From Phycisphaera mikurensis NBRC 102666 (lineage in GTDB: Bacteria > Planctomycetota > Phycisphaerae > Phycisphaerales > Phycisphaeraceae), in the NCBI RefSeq assembly GCF_000284115.1, contig NC_017080.1, forward strand, positions 3,771,226-3,803,225: DNA of 32,000 nt, in the 5' to 3' direction. The number at the start of each line of letters is the position of its first letter. The first letter of the stretch is position 1. Shown in pieces: positions 8,001-16,362 of this stretch. Under the pieces are notes generated by a model that was given only the letters and a program-made list of their open reading frames with translations, did not search any database and had not been told where the DNA came from. The translations under genes and the position numbers were made by a program.

Positions 8001-8870
8001 ATGACCACCTCCACCCCCCAAGCCCCGCCCGCCCCCGCCGTGCCCGCCGCGATCCGGCAGGAGCTGCAGACTCCGATGGAGCCCACGCCCGAGCAGGTCC
8101 GACGCTTCCGGACCGACGGCTACCTCAAGTGGAAAGACTTCTTCTCGCCGGAGCTGCTCGCCTTCTTCGACCCGATCGTGACGGCCTGCCTGCACGACCG
8201 CAACCCGCTCAAGGACGTGCCGATGGAGCAGCGGTCGGCCTACGACCGGGCGTTCATCCAGGTGCCGAACCTGTGGACCTTCAACGACACGGTGCGGGAG
8301 CTCTCCACGAGCGTTCGCGCCGCCTCCGCCGCGTCGCGGCTGCTGGGCACGACCGGCGTCCGCATGTACCACGACCAGGCCCTCTACAAGGAGGCCGGCG
8401 GCGGCTTTACGCCTTGGCACGTCGACCAGCACTACTGGCCGATCGGCACGGAGAAGACGGTGACGATCTGGTTCCCCTTCACCGAGGTGCCGGTGGAGAA
8501 AGGCCCGCTGATGTTCGGCAAGGAGAGCCACCACAAGCACATCGCCCGCGAGGTCGCCATCTCCGAGGACAGCGAGAAGATCATCGGCGAGGCGATCAAG
8601 AGCCACCGGGTGGTCGAGGAGATGAGCGGCTACGGCCTGGGCGAGGTGAGCTTCCACTACGGCTGGACGCTGCACCGGGCGGCGCCCAACACCACCGACG
8701 ACAGCCGGAGGGTGCTGACGGTCATCTACGTGGCGGAGGACGCGGAGGTGATCGAGCCGAAGTACGACGCCCACCGCTCCGACCTGCGGGAGTGGATGCC
8801 CGGCCTCAAGCCCGGGGACGCGGTGGACAGCCCCTTGAACCCGGTGCTGTTCCGCGAGGCTTCGGCCTGA
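8001..8870 (+). CDS. Phytanoyl-CoA dioxygenase (PhyH) family Fe(II)/2-oxoglutarate-dependent oxygenase
   Basis: Starts at the ATG at 8001 within the 7920..8870 ORF. Motifs: FRTDGYLKWKDFF, GGGFTPWHVDQHYWP (HxD iron ligands), TIWFPF, GEVSFHYGWTLHRAAPN. Divergently arranged with the AraC gene. Confidence 0.8.
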   Translation: MTTSTPQAPPAPAVPAAIRQELQTPMEPTPEQVRRFRTDGYLKWKDFFSPELLAFFDPIVTACLHDRNPLKDVPMEQRSAYDRAFIQVPNLWTFNDTVRELSTSVRAASAASRLLGTTGVRMYHDQALYKEAGGGFTPWHVDQHYWPIGTEKTVTIWFPFTEVPVEKGPLMFGKESHHKHIAREVAISEDSEKIIGEAIKSHRVVEEMSGYGLGEVSFHYGWTLHRAAPNTTDDSRRVLTVIYVAEDAEVIEPKYDAHRSDLREWMPGLKPGDAVDSPLNPVLFREASA

Positions 8871-8905
8871 GAGCGGGGGGGGAAGCGGGACGTCCCCGAC
8901 AAAAG

Positions 8906-8951
8906 CCGCGGACCGCGGCTTAGATCCGCGGCGAACCCACGCGGTCCGCGG
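8906..8951. repeat. Paired palindrome element: CCGCGGACCGCGG (8906-8918; extended perfect 17-nt palindrome aGCCGCGGACCGCGGCt 8904-8920) and aCGCGGTCCGCGG (8939-8951), centres 33 bp apart
   Basis: Read directly. It sits between the convergent PhyH stop (8870) and the DedA-like stop (8920-8922). The second copy lies in the last codons of the DedA-like gene (..EEAADRVGSPRI*). Confidence 0.85.
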
Positions 8952-9495
8952 CTTCTTCGGGCACCAGCCGCTGGAGCGCCCCGCGGGTCGCCCAGCCCAG
9001 GCCCAGGACGCTCAGCGCCGTCGCCGCCACGCCCGCGGCCACGAGCCAGGGCGCCTCCGGCGACGCCCACGCCAGCCGCTCGAGCCCCGCGCCGAGCACG
9101 ACCACCGCCGCCACCCGCGGTGCCAGGCCAACGAGGGTGCCAAGCAGCAGCGGCCCACGCCTGACGCCGAACACGGCGGCCAGCGTGTTGGTGACCGCGA
9201 AGGGGACCACCGGGGACAGCCGCAGCAGGCCCACCAGGAGGGCCGCCCGGCCCGCCGGCGCCGCCGCGATCGCCGCGCAGACGGCCGCGCCCCGCCGGTG
9301 ACGCTCGACCCAGGCCAGCGGGGCCGGCCCCGCGAGCTTCCGGCCCGCCGCGTGCCCGACCAGCGCCGCAACGGTGGTCCCGCCGACCGCGACCGCGGCG
9401 CCCGCGGGCACGCCCAGCGACCAGCCGCACACCAGCGAGAGCAGGTGCGTCGGGACCAGCGCGAGCCCGCAGGCGGCCGCGCCCAGCAGCAGCAA
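8920..9495 (-). CDS. DedA / TVP38-TMEM64 (SNARE-associated) family membrane protein; true N-terminus uncertain
   Basis: Polytopic, with VPTHLLSLVCGWSLG...GHAAGRKL...LLRLSPVVPFAVTNTLAAVFG typical of the family. The track start is a TTG. The in-frame upstream sequence (to about 9650) still looks like a TM helix but has no ATG/GTG/TTG (see findings). Confidence 0.65.
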   Translation of the reverse strand: MLLLGAAACGLALVPTHLLSLVCGWSLGVPAGAAVAVGGTTVAALVGHAAGRKLAGPAPLAWVERHRRGAAVCAAIAAAPAGRAALLVGLLRLSPVVPFAVTNTLAAVFGVRRGPLLLGTLVGLAPRVAAVVVLGAGLERLAWASPEAPWLVAAGVAATALSVLGLGWATRGALQRLVPEEAADRVGSPRI

Positions 9496-9865
9496 CGCCG
9501 CGGCGAGGCCCGCGCCGCCCGCCCGCAGCGCCTCGGCGTGCGGCAGCAGCGCGAGGAAGGCCAGCGCCCCGCCGGCCGCGGGGCCCGCCGCCGCCCAGGC
9601 GACGAGCAGCGCCGGACGCGCCAGCGTCCGGGCGGCGGGGGGCCGGCTTCGCCGCGCTCCGGTGCTCAGGATGCCCCCACGCCCCGGAGCGCTGCCACCC
9701 GCCCGCGGAGCAAGCCGGCGCCGACCTCCCGGGACCGCCGGTCCGCGGGCCCGGAGCGTGTGGCGGCTCCGGGGGCGCTAGCGAAAGCGGAGGCGGGGAG
9801 GCGCACCCGGCGAGCTTATTGCGGCTCCTCCGCCGCCGGACCCCACCGCCCGCGTCGCGCAGCAC

Positions 9866-9895
9866 GACGCCCGCGGCTGCGAAGCCGCGGGCGTC
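9866..9895 (-). terminator. Strong hairpin downstream of the PEP-CTERM-like gene (13-bp perfect stem, 4-nt loop), no U-tract
   Basis: The + strand reads gacgcccgcggct-gcga-agccgcgggcgtc. It lies about 24 nt after the stop at 9919 in the direction of transcription. Confidence 0.5.
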
Positions 9896-9918
9896 GAGGA
9901 GGGTGCGGGTCCGCGGGC

Positions 9919-10698
9919 TCAGGCCGCGGCGTGGCGGCGGCGACGCAGCACGCCGCCGGCGAGCAGGGCCAGGCCGCCCAGGGCCGCCGAGGGCGTCGGC
10001 ACCGCGTTGGCCGTCACCTGGGCGATCACCGCCGAGCCGCCCAGCGAGATCCGCACCTCGTCGAAGCTGGCCACGCCCAGCTGCGCCGCGGTGATCGGGG
10101 CGATCTGGTTGGCCGAGCGGTCGCCGAAGGCGATCGTGGCGTCGAACACGCCCGAGCCGTCGTCGGTGACGAAGCTGGCGAAGTCGAAGGAGCCCACGTC
10201 CACGCCGTCGCTGAGGAAGTCGATGAAGAAGCCGGTGTTGGTCTCGAACTCCTCGGGGCCCTCCACGTCGACGATCGTGAACCCGAAGCTGTCCAGGGGG
10301 GTGGCGAACTCCAGGTTGATCGTGCCGGCGGGACGACGCTTCTCCAGCGGGGTCTCGATCGGCGTGGGCAGCACGCCGAAGCCGGTGAGCACGCCCTCGG
10401 GGCCGCGGAGGGCCAGGCCCTGGCCGAGGTCGCGGCCGGTGGCGTTGCCCGAGGTGAAGGGGGCCTGCTGGCCGGCGAAGTCGAACTGCGGGTAGCCGTT
10501 GAAGTCCCAGGCGAAGACCTCTTCGGGCGAGTCGGCGTAGGGGCTGGAGGCCGAGACGCTCAGGCCGTCGATCTGGTCGGTGACGGTGGCGCCGGTGGCG
10601 ATGCCGTTGAAGTCGATGACCGTGGCGGCGGAGGCCCCGGCGGAGATCGCGGCGGTGGCGGCGGCGGCGGTGAGGAGCTTGGCGGTGGGAGCGTTCAT
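9919..10698 (-). CDS. Secreted protein with C-terminal PEP-CTERM-like sorting signal
   Basis: Starts at the internal ATG at 10698 of the 9919..10944 ORF. Signal peptide MNAPTAKLLTAAAATAAISAGASAA. The C-terminus VPTPSAALGGLALLAGGVLRRRRHAAA has the motif, TM helix and Arg cluster of a PEP-CTERM-type anchor. Confidence 0.7.
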   Translation of the reverse strand: MNAPTAKLLTAAAATAAISAGASAATVIDFNGIATGATVTDQIDGLSVSASSPYADSPEEVFAWDFNGYPQFDFAGQQAPFTSGNATGRDLGQGLALRGPEGVLTGFGVLPTPIETPLEKRRPAGTINLEFATPLDSFGFTIVDVEGPEEFETNTGFFIDFLSDGVDVGSFDFASFVTDDGSGVFDATIAFGDRSANQIAPITAAQLGVASFDEVRISLGGSAVIAQVTANAVPTPSAALGGLALLAGGVLRRRRHAAA

Positions 10699-11001
10699 GG
10701 GGAGAAGCCTCGGGCTTGGGGGCGGCGACGGGGACGCGACGCCGCGTTCCTCGTGGGGAAGAGCCTGAGGCGTCCCGCGCGGCGGGCCAGCCGCCGAGGC
10801 GGAAAATCTCGCGGGCGGAGTCCTTGCGCGGGGGCCCTGCGGGGCGTGACGCCTGTGCGGGATCGCGACGAGCCGGCAGCCCCCGCGTCCACCCGTCGGG
10901 CCCTGCGCCGGCTCCACCAGCGGCCGGCCCAGGATCGGGAGCAACCCCCGGCGCGGCGTCGGCGATCGGCCGCCCGGCCCGGTCCGGCGAGCCCATCCGG
11001 C

Positions 11002-12285
11002 TCACGGCGCCCGCACGAGCAGCGGGACGTTCGCCGTGCCGGCGCCGCCGGCGCCGTCCCGCACCGTGACGAACAGCCGGTACGGGCCCGGCCGCCGGGG
11101 CGCCCGCAGCGTCACCGAATCCGCGGACCGCGCGACGAGATCCATCGCGACCCCCGCGGTCCGCGGCTCCGCATCCCCGCCCATGGCGATCCCCGGCGAG
11201 GCCTCCCGCAGCTCCCATTCGACCGCGAGCCCGGCCCCTTCCGGATCGCTCGCGTCGACCGTCGCGATCACCTGCGCCCCCGGCGGCACCGCCGCGGGGC
11301 CGTCCAGGCGGAGGCCCCGCACCTCCGGCGCCCGGTCCGCCGGCGGCTCGCCCGTCCACAGCTCGCGCATCGTGTCGGCGGCCGCCAGCCGGGCGCCGTC
11401 GGCGAGGAACATCCCGAACCACGTGGCCGTCGCCTCCTGCTTGTCGCCCCAGAGAAAAACGTACGAGCCGAGGCACGCGTCGGGATGCTCGGCGACCGTC
11501 GCCAGGTACCCGCGCCGCGTCCACGCCGCCTTCTGCGTCGAGGTCTGCTCCACCGGCGTGCCCCAGGGTGTGCGTGGGCACTCCCACTGGCCGCGGGGGC
11601 CGAACTCGGTCAGCACCCACGGCCTGCCCAGCGGCGGGTCCATCGCCGCGAGCGCGTCGCCCACCTCCGGTGCCTCGCCGTAGGCGTTGACGCCGAGGAT
11701 GTCGATGGACGGGCAGCGGTCGCGGACGTCGCGGGCCTTGTCGGCGTCCTCCCCGAGCCCGGCGATCACCGCCATCGTCGGGTGGTGGGGGTCCTCCCGC
11801 TGCAACGCTGCCGCGAGCGACTCGATCGCGTCGTAGATCGCGTCGTCCCCGCCGTGGCCCTCCACCTCGTTGCCCACGCCCCAGAGCAGCACCGCCGGGT
11901 GGCCCATCAGCGGCCGCGCCCGGGCCAGGATCTCCTCCTGCTGCCGCGCCACCGCTGCCGCGTCGCCGTAGTCGAAGCCCCGCCGCTCCGGCTGCATCCA
12001 GAGGCCCACCGCCACCGAGAGCCCGAGCCGATGGGCCTCGTCGAGCAGCGCCGGCGTGTCGTGGCCGATGCCCCAGATCCGCGCCGAGTTCCCGCCCGCG
12101 TCGGCGAGCGCAGCGAGCCGCCCGCTCACGCCCGCCCCCTTGATCTCGTAAGGCTGACCGCCGCGGAGCAGCCGCCACGCGTCGCCCTCCCGCACCACCT
12201 CCGCCGGCGTGGGCCCCGCGGCGGCGGTGGCCGCGAGGCAGAGAGAAAACCAGGTAGGCAGCGCGAGCGACGGGACAGCGTTCAT
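11002..12285 (-). CDS. Secreted TIM-barrel glycoside hydrolase (clan GH-A, GH2/GH5-like) with C-terminal Ig-like domain
   Basis: Starts at the internal ATG at 12285 of the 11002..12717 ORF. Signal peptide MNAVPSLALPTWFSLCLAATAAA. LLWGVGNEVEG is the acid/base NE motif and WVLTEFG is the nucleophile-type motif. The C-terminal beta domain reads ...YRLFVTVRDGAGG. Confidence 0.7.
   Translation of the reverse strand: MNAVPSLALPTWFSLCLAATAAAGPTPAEVVREGDAWRLLRGGQPYEIKGAGVSGRLAALADAGGNSARIWGIGHDTPALLDEAHRLGLSVAVGLWMQPERRGFDYGDAAAVARQQEEILARARPLMGHPAVLLWGVGNEVEGHGGDDAIYDAIESLAAALQREDPHHPTMAVIAGLGEDADKARDVRDRCPSIDILGVNAYGEAPEVGDALAAMDPPLGRPWVLTEFGPRGQWECPRTPWGTPVEQTSTQKAAWTRRGYLATVAEHPDACLGSYVFLWGDKQEATATWFGMFLADGARLAAADTMRELWTGEPPADRAPEVRGLRLDGPAAVPPGAQVIATVDASDPEGAGLAVEWELREASPGIAMGGDAEPRTAGVAMDLVARSADSVTLRAPRRPGPYRLFVTVRDGAGGAGTANVPLLVRAP
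11121..11166. repeat. Paired palindrome element inside the GH gene: CCGCGGACCGCGc (11121-11133) and CCGCGGTCCGCGG (11154-11166), centres 33 bp apart
   Basis: Read directly. In the gene frame these are read as ..EPRTAG.. and ..ARSAD.., a different frame from the ADR reading at other loci. Confidence 0.85.
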
Positions 12286-12448
12286 GGGAGGATCCGAGAG
12301 ATGGAGGACGGAGCCGGCCGTTCTACCCGCGGGCGCCTCGGACCCACGAGCGCCGGCATGGCGTTCGGGCGGGCGGGACCGTCGGATCCACCCGGGCAGC
12401 GGTGCGTTGCACGGCGGCGTCCTGCCCGGGGCGGCGCTAGCGTCAGGC

Positions 12449-13618
12449 ATGGCCATCCCCCTGCCGCAGATGGAGGCCCCGGCCGCGCCCCATCTCGCCC
12501 CGACGCACGCGACGCCGCCGGTGCCGCCGGTGCCGCCGCCGCAGGAGGACCCGCGGCCCGCGGCCGCCCGCGCCCGCTGGCGGCCGCGCCGCGTGCTCAT
12601 CGCCCGGAGTGCGCGTGACTCCGCGGTGGCGCAGCGGGCCCGGCGGGCCGCGCGAGAGCTCGGGGCAGAGGTGGTGGAACTCGGAGGCGACGCGGTGCGG
12701 GGGCTGGCGGGCCGCAACGAGCGCGAGACCTACCGGAACGCGAAGGCGACGCTGGCGATCGTGAACGCCCCGCCCTCGGCGCTGAAGTTCGCGCCCATCC
12801 CGCCGTCGGCGGACTTCCGGCTGGACCTCGCGCGCGGGTGCCCCGCCCACTGCCAGTACTGCTACCTCGCCGGTTCGCTCAGCGGGCCGCCGGTGACGCG
12901 GGCCTACGCCAACCTCGACGAGATCTTCGCGGCCGTGCCCGCTCACGTCGGGCGAGGGAGAATCACCTCCGCCTCGGCGGCGCGGAGCCACGAGGGGACC
13001 ACCTTCGAGGCGTCGTGCTACACCGACCCGCTCGGGATCGAGCACCTCACCGGCGGCTTGTCGGAGGCCGTCCGCTTCTTCGGGACGCAGCCGGACGCCG
13101 GGCTCCGATTCACCACCAAGTTCTCGGAGGTGGGCGGCCTGCTGGGCCTCCCGCACAACGGGCGGACCCGGGTTCGCTTCTCCGTGAACGCCGAAGACAT
13201 CACCCGCCGCTTCGATGGCGGGACCGCGCGGCTCGCCGACCGGCTGGCCGCCTTGGGTGCGGTGGCCCGGGCGGGCTACCCGGTGGGGCTGACCGTTGCC
13301 CCGATCATGCCCATCGAGGGCTGGGAGGAGGCCTACGGCGCCCTCTTCCGCGACGCCGGGGCCGCACTCCCGGCCGACGCGGACCTGACGGTGGAGCTGA
13401 TCACCCACCGCTTCACCCCCGGCTCCCGCGAGGTGCTGCTGGGCTGGTACCCCGGCACGAAGCTGGAGATGGACGCGGCGACCCGCACGCAGAAGCGCAA
13501 CAAATTCGGCGGCACGAAGTACGTGTACCCCAAGGAGCTGATGAAGCAGATGCGGGCCTGGTTCGAGGAAGCCGTCGAGCGCGAGCTTCCCGGCGGCGTG
13601 GTGCTGTACTGGACCTGA
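12449..13618 (+). CDS. Spore-photoproduct-lyase-like radical SAM DNA repair enzyme (SplB family)
   Basis: Radical SAM CxxxCxxC cluster in LARGCPAHCQYCYL. Family-typical FEASCYTDPL, RFSVNAE and GYPVGLTVAPIMP are present. The start is uncertain: ATG 12449 is chosen, and the P/A-rich first ~60 aa may not be translated. Confidence 0.8.
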   Translation: MAIPLPQMEAPAAPHLAPTHATPPVPPVPPPQEDPRPAAARARWRPRRVLIARSARDSAVAQRARRAARELGAEVVELGGDAVRGLAGRNERETYRNAKATLAIVNAPPSALKFAPIPPSADFRLDLARGCPAHCQYCYLAGSLSGPPVTRAYANLDEIFAAVPAHVGRGRITSASAARSHEGTTFEASCYTDPLGIEHLTGGLSEAVRFFGTQPDAGLRFTTKFSEVGGLLGLPHNGRTRVRFSVNAEDITRRFDGGTARLADRLAALGAVARAGYPVGLTVAPIMPIEGWEEAYGALFRDAGAALPADADLTVELITHRFTPGSREVLLGWYPGTKLEMDAATRTQKRNKFGGTKYVYPKELMKQMRAWFEEAVERELPGGVVLYWT

Positions 13619-13660
13619 GCGACGGCATGAGGGGGAGCGGGCGTCGCGGGCGAGGCGTTC

Positions 13661-13700
13661 TTGACTCGGCTGCATGCAGCGTCGATGATGCGTGCATGCA
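13661..13700 (+). promoter_or_regulatory. Candidate vapBC promoter (TTGACT-N17-GATGAT) with two TGCATGCA palindromes (13671-13678, 13693-13700)
   Basis: Read directly. The palindrome centres are 22 bp apart and the second overlaps the vapB ATG (13696). This geometry is typical of autoregulated type II TA operators. The implied transcript start would be at or near the ATG. Confidence 0.4.
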
Positions 13701-13965
13701 GTACACGCTCCGCAACGTGCCCGAAGAGGTCGACCGGAAGCTCCGCGAGCGGGCCCAGATCCTCGGTGTCTCGCTGAACGAGGCGGTGATCCGGGCGCTG
13801 AAGGCGGCGACGGGGGTCGGTGCTCCGCCGCCGGAGCCGACGCCCGACCCGCACCCTCTCGACGAGTTCCGCGGGGTTTGGAAAGACGAGCCCTGGGTGG
13901 AGGGGTTTGTCCAGGACCTCGCGGACCTTGACGCCATCAGCTTGGAAGTGAAGACATTGCCTTGA
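13696..13965 (+). CDS. vapB: Type II antitoxin, FitA/VapB-like ribbon-helix-helix
   Basis: This is the tail of the 12838..13965 frame starting from the ATG at 13696: MQYTLRNVPEEVDRKLRERAQILGVSLNEAVIRALKAATG... The stop overlaps the vapC start (TTGA). Confidence 0.7.
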   Translation: MQYTLRNVPEEVDRKLRERAQILGVSLNEAVIRALKAATGVGAPPPEPTPDPHPLDEFRGVWKDEPWVEGFVQDLADLDAISLEVKTLP

Positions 13966-14339
13966 AGGCTGTCGTTGACACCAGCGCCCTGGTTCACCTC
14001 TGGCGTGACGGCGGTCGGGCACTCGACGTGGTGACCCACGCGGTCGTGCCGCTGGCAACGCACGCCGAGCTGATGGTGGGGCTTGAAGCCGCGGTTGATC
14101 CCGCACGGGAGCGGCGTCGGCTGGAGGGAACCTACGCCGCGCTGCACGCGGAGGTCGTGGCTCCCAACCAGCAGACGGCGCAGCACTGGGCGAGGCTGAG
14201 GGACCAGCTCCGACGCAAGGGGCGGAAGCTGCCGCACAACGACCTCTGGATCGCCGCGGCGGCCATTGAACTTGGCCTGCCGCTGATCAGCCTCGACCGT
14301 CACCACCAGGGCCTCCCAGGAATGGCGCTGCTGCCCTAG
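13962..14339 (+). CDS. vapC: PIN-domain ribonuclease toxin VapC
   Basis: 125 aa. MKAVVDTSALVHL carries the first acidic PIN residue. ...HAELMVG... and ...HNDLWIAAAAIELGLPLISLDRHH carry the later acidic residues. There is a 4-nt overlap with vapB. Confidence 0.85.
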   Translation: MKAVVDTSALVHLWRDGGRALDVVTHAVVPLATHAELMVGLEAAVDPARERRRLEGTYAALHAEVVAPNQQTAQHWARLRDQLRRKGRKLPHNDLWIAAAAIELGLPLISLDRHHQGLPGMALLP

Positions 14340-14922
14340 CGGGAGCGAAGAGCGGGTCCCTCGAAACCACCCTCGCCGCCGCGGGAGGCCCAGGGGAGGC
14401 CCAGAGGACCAGGCCCCAAGGGGTCCCACACTCCGCGGCGCAGCCGACCGCCGCTGCGTGCGCAACAAGGTTCAAGCAGCGGCTGCAACGTTCATACGCA
14501 GTGGAGTCCGCTCCGCACAGAGGAGGTTCGTTCCGCCAATCCGGCGGCGAGCGTTCCGCTGCGGGCACGTCGAGCCGGTGCAGCCGCATCCAGTTCCGCG
14601 TCACCAGCCGGTAGGGCAGCAAGGCGGCGGTCCCGATCTGGCGGACGTCTTCACGCAGCACCAAGCTGGCTCCGGCCACCTGCAACGTGACGCGTGAGCG
14701 GAACCGACTCCCCAGGGACTGGCCATGCTTGGGTGCGGTGCGGAAGACCCCGCCGTCGCGGTGAAACGTCCAGCGTGTGGCACCCGCGTCTTGCAGGCGC
14801 AGCGTGGCGGACGCTCCGTCGTCGGCCACGTTGAACACGAACCGATCGGCGGCCGCAAAGGATCGACCGAACGGGATCTGCCGCACGCCCGCCCAATCAA
14901 TGCCGATGCCATCGCCGCCGGA
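14287..14922 (-). pseudogene. 5'-truncated ORF of unknown function abutting the IS256 left end
   Basis: The frame of the 14287..15402 ORF shows good coding-like composition from the IS boundary inward. It reads SGGDGIGIDWAGVRQIPFGRSFAAADRFVFNVADDGASATLRLQDAGATRWTFHRDGGVFRTAPKHGQSLGSRFRSRVTLQVAGASLVLREDVRQIG...LVTRNWMRLHRLD. There is no start codon at its 5' side, and its 3' tail is low-complexity and overlaps the vapC end. The family is not recognised. Confidence 0.3.
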
Positions 14923-14951
14923 GGTCGGTGTATCAAGAGCCGTGTAAATCC
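14923..14951. repeat. IS256-family element, left terminal inverted repeat
   Basis: 29/29 match to the reverse complement of 16334-16362. Confidence 0.9.
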
Positions 14952-14963
14952 GCTCCTGCTTGA

Positions 14964-16247
14964 TCAGCGGGCCACCTCCTCGGAAGCGGGCAGGTAGCGG
15001 CGGGTGGAGGCCTGCCAATCGTCGTCGATCTCGACCAGCAAGGCCGAGCACAGCCGAAGCAACGACTCGGCGTTGGGGAACACGCGGATCTTGCGGGTCC
15101 GACGCTTGAGCTCCTGCTGGATCGGCCGCTCGATGCCGTTGGAGGTCCGAAGCTTCTTCCGCTGCGCCGGCGGGAAGGCGAAGACGGTGAGGCCTTCGGG
15201 CACGTTCTTGCCAAGCCACTTCGCCAGCCGCGGGCTCTTTGGCTCGTGCTCGTCGATCAGGTCGGCAAGCCGGCGGTCGGCCTCGGCCCGAGCGGGCGCG
15301 TTCCAGACTTGGCCGAGCTGCTTGCCGATCTTCTCGCATGTGGCGGCCGTGGGTGCGTGGTGGATCGCGTTGTTGGCCAGATGGAACTGGCACCGCTGCC
15401 ACGGCACCGCTGGCAGCACGGCCTTCCGGGCTTCGGCCAGCCCGGCGTGGTCGTCGCTGTTGACAAGCTCCACGCCCCGCATGCCGCGGGCGACCAGCGA
15501 GTCGAGGAAGTCCCGCCAGTGGACCTCGGCCTCGGAGAGGGCCACCGAGATGCCCAGCACTGAGCGGGAGCCGTTGGGGAGGATGCCCACGGCGGTGAGC
15601 ACGGCCACGTCGCGGACGACCCCGCCCTCGCGGACCTTCTCGTATCGGGCGTCAAGGATCAACCGCTCGACGGTGCCAAGCGGCCGCCCCCGCCAGGCAC
15701 GCAGCTCCTCGTCCAGCTCCGCGGTGGCGCGGCTGACCTGGGCGGAGGTGATGTTCTCGAGGCCCAGCTCGGTCATGACGGCCTTGACGTCGCGGGTGGA
15801 GACGCCCTGGACGTACATGGCGGCGAGCGTGGCGTTGACGGCCCGGCAGGCGCGGCTGCCACGCTCCAACGCCTGCGGGAAGAAGGGCTCGAAGCTTTCG
15901 CCGCGGCCGGGAACCGGTCGGGTCTTGGGCACGGCCACGGTGACTCTGCCGGCGGGCGTGTCCAGCTGCTTGGGTGAGAAGCCGTTGGCGTAGCCGGTGC
16001 GATCGGCCGACCGCTCGTGCTCGGCGGCACCGAGGTGCTGCTCGCGTTCGAGCCGCATGGCGATGTTGAGTGTGGCGGCGAAGGCCTGGGCCATGGCGTC
16101 GGTGCCGTGCTGGGTCAGCAGGTCCATGAGGCCGGTGAGGGCGGGGTTGTGGCGGTCGAGACCGTGGGTATCTTGCAAGTGGGTCACCAGGGGTTGGAGG
16201 CAGAGGTCGAAGACCTGCACTTCAGGGCCTGGTGGCCCGTTGATCAA
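14964..16247 (-). CDS. IS256-family (mutator-type) transposase
   Basis: 427-aa ORF with MRLEREQHLGAAEHERSADRTGYANGF..., LILDARYEKVR, VNSDDHAGL, WQRCQFHLANN and RTSNGIERPIQQELKRRTRKIRVFPN, all typical of the family. The exact start is uncertain (TTG 16247, GTG about 16220 or ATG about 16127). Confidence 0.9.
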   Translation of the reverse strand: MINGPPGPEVQVFDLCLQPLVTHLQDTHGLDRHNPALTGLMDLLTQHGTDAMAQAFAATLNIAMRLEREQHLGAAEHERSADRTGYANGFSPKQLDTPAGRVTVAVPKTRPVPGRGESFEPFFPQALERGSRACRAVNATLAAMYVQGVSTRDVKAVMTELGLENITSAQVSRATAELDEELRAWRGRPLGTVERLILDARYEKVREGGVVRDVAVLTAVGILPNGSRSVLGISVALSEAEVHWRDFLDSLVARGMRGVELVNSDDHAGLAEARKAVLPAVPWQRCQFHLANNAIHHAPTAATCEKIGKQLGQVWNAPARAEADRRLADLIDEHEPKSPRLAKWLGKNVPEGLTVFAFPPAQRKKLRTSNGIERPIQQELKRRTRKIRVFPNAESLLRLCSALLVEIDDDWQASTRRYLPASEEVAR

Positions 16248-16333
16248 GCTGGGGGAGCGGAGGCGTCGGCGCGGGCTGCTGAGCCCTGCGCCCGCTGCGC
16301 GGGCTCCGGGCTCAGCAGCCCGAAGTCGCTCCG

Positions 16334-16362
16334 GGATTTACACGGCTCTTGATACACCGACC
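16334..16362. repeat. IS256-family element, right terminal inverted repeat
   Basis: Exact reverse complement of 14923-14951. Confidence 0.9.

Larger units (their letters stand above)
14923..16362 (-). mobile_element. IS256-family insertion sequence (1440 bp) with 29-bp perfect terminal inverted repeats
   Basis: Bounded by GGTCGGTGTATCAAGAGCCGTGTAAATCC (14923-14951) and its exact reverse complement (16334-16362). It contains a single mutator-type transposase ORF. No flanking direct repeat is seen. Confidence 0.85.

Noticed and set aside
8726-12178. 1150-aa ORF on the minus strand, and 9298..12618 (1106 aa) on the plus strand
   Set aside because: Both have Arg/Gly/Pro-dominated low-complexity translations. 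They overlap three genes with signal peptides and catalytic motifs in other frames. They are artefacts of stop-codon scarcity at this GC content.
14340-14460. Possible extra degenerate REP (..GGCCCCAAGGGGTCCCACAC..) right after vapC
   Set aside because: Only the CCCCAAGGGG core matches the REPIN arm. The flanking arms (GGCGTGGCACCC) are absent, so it is too weak to call.
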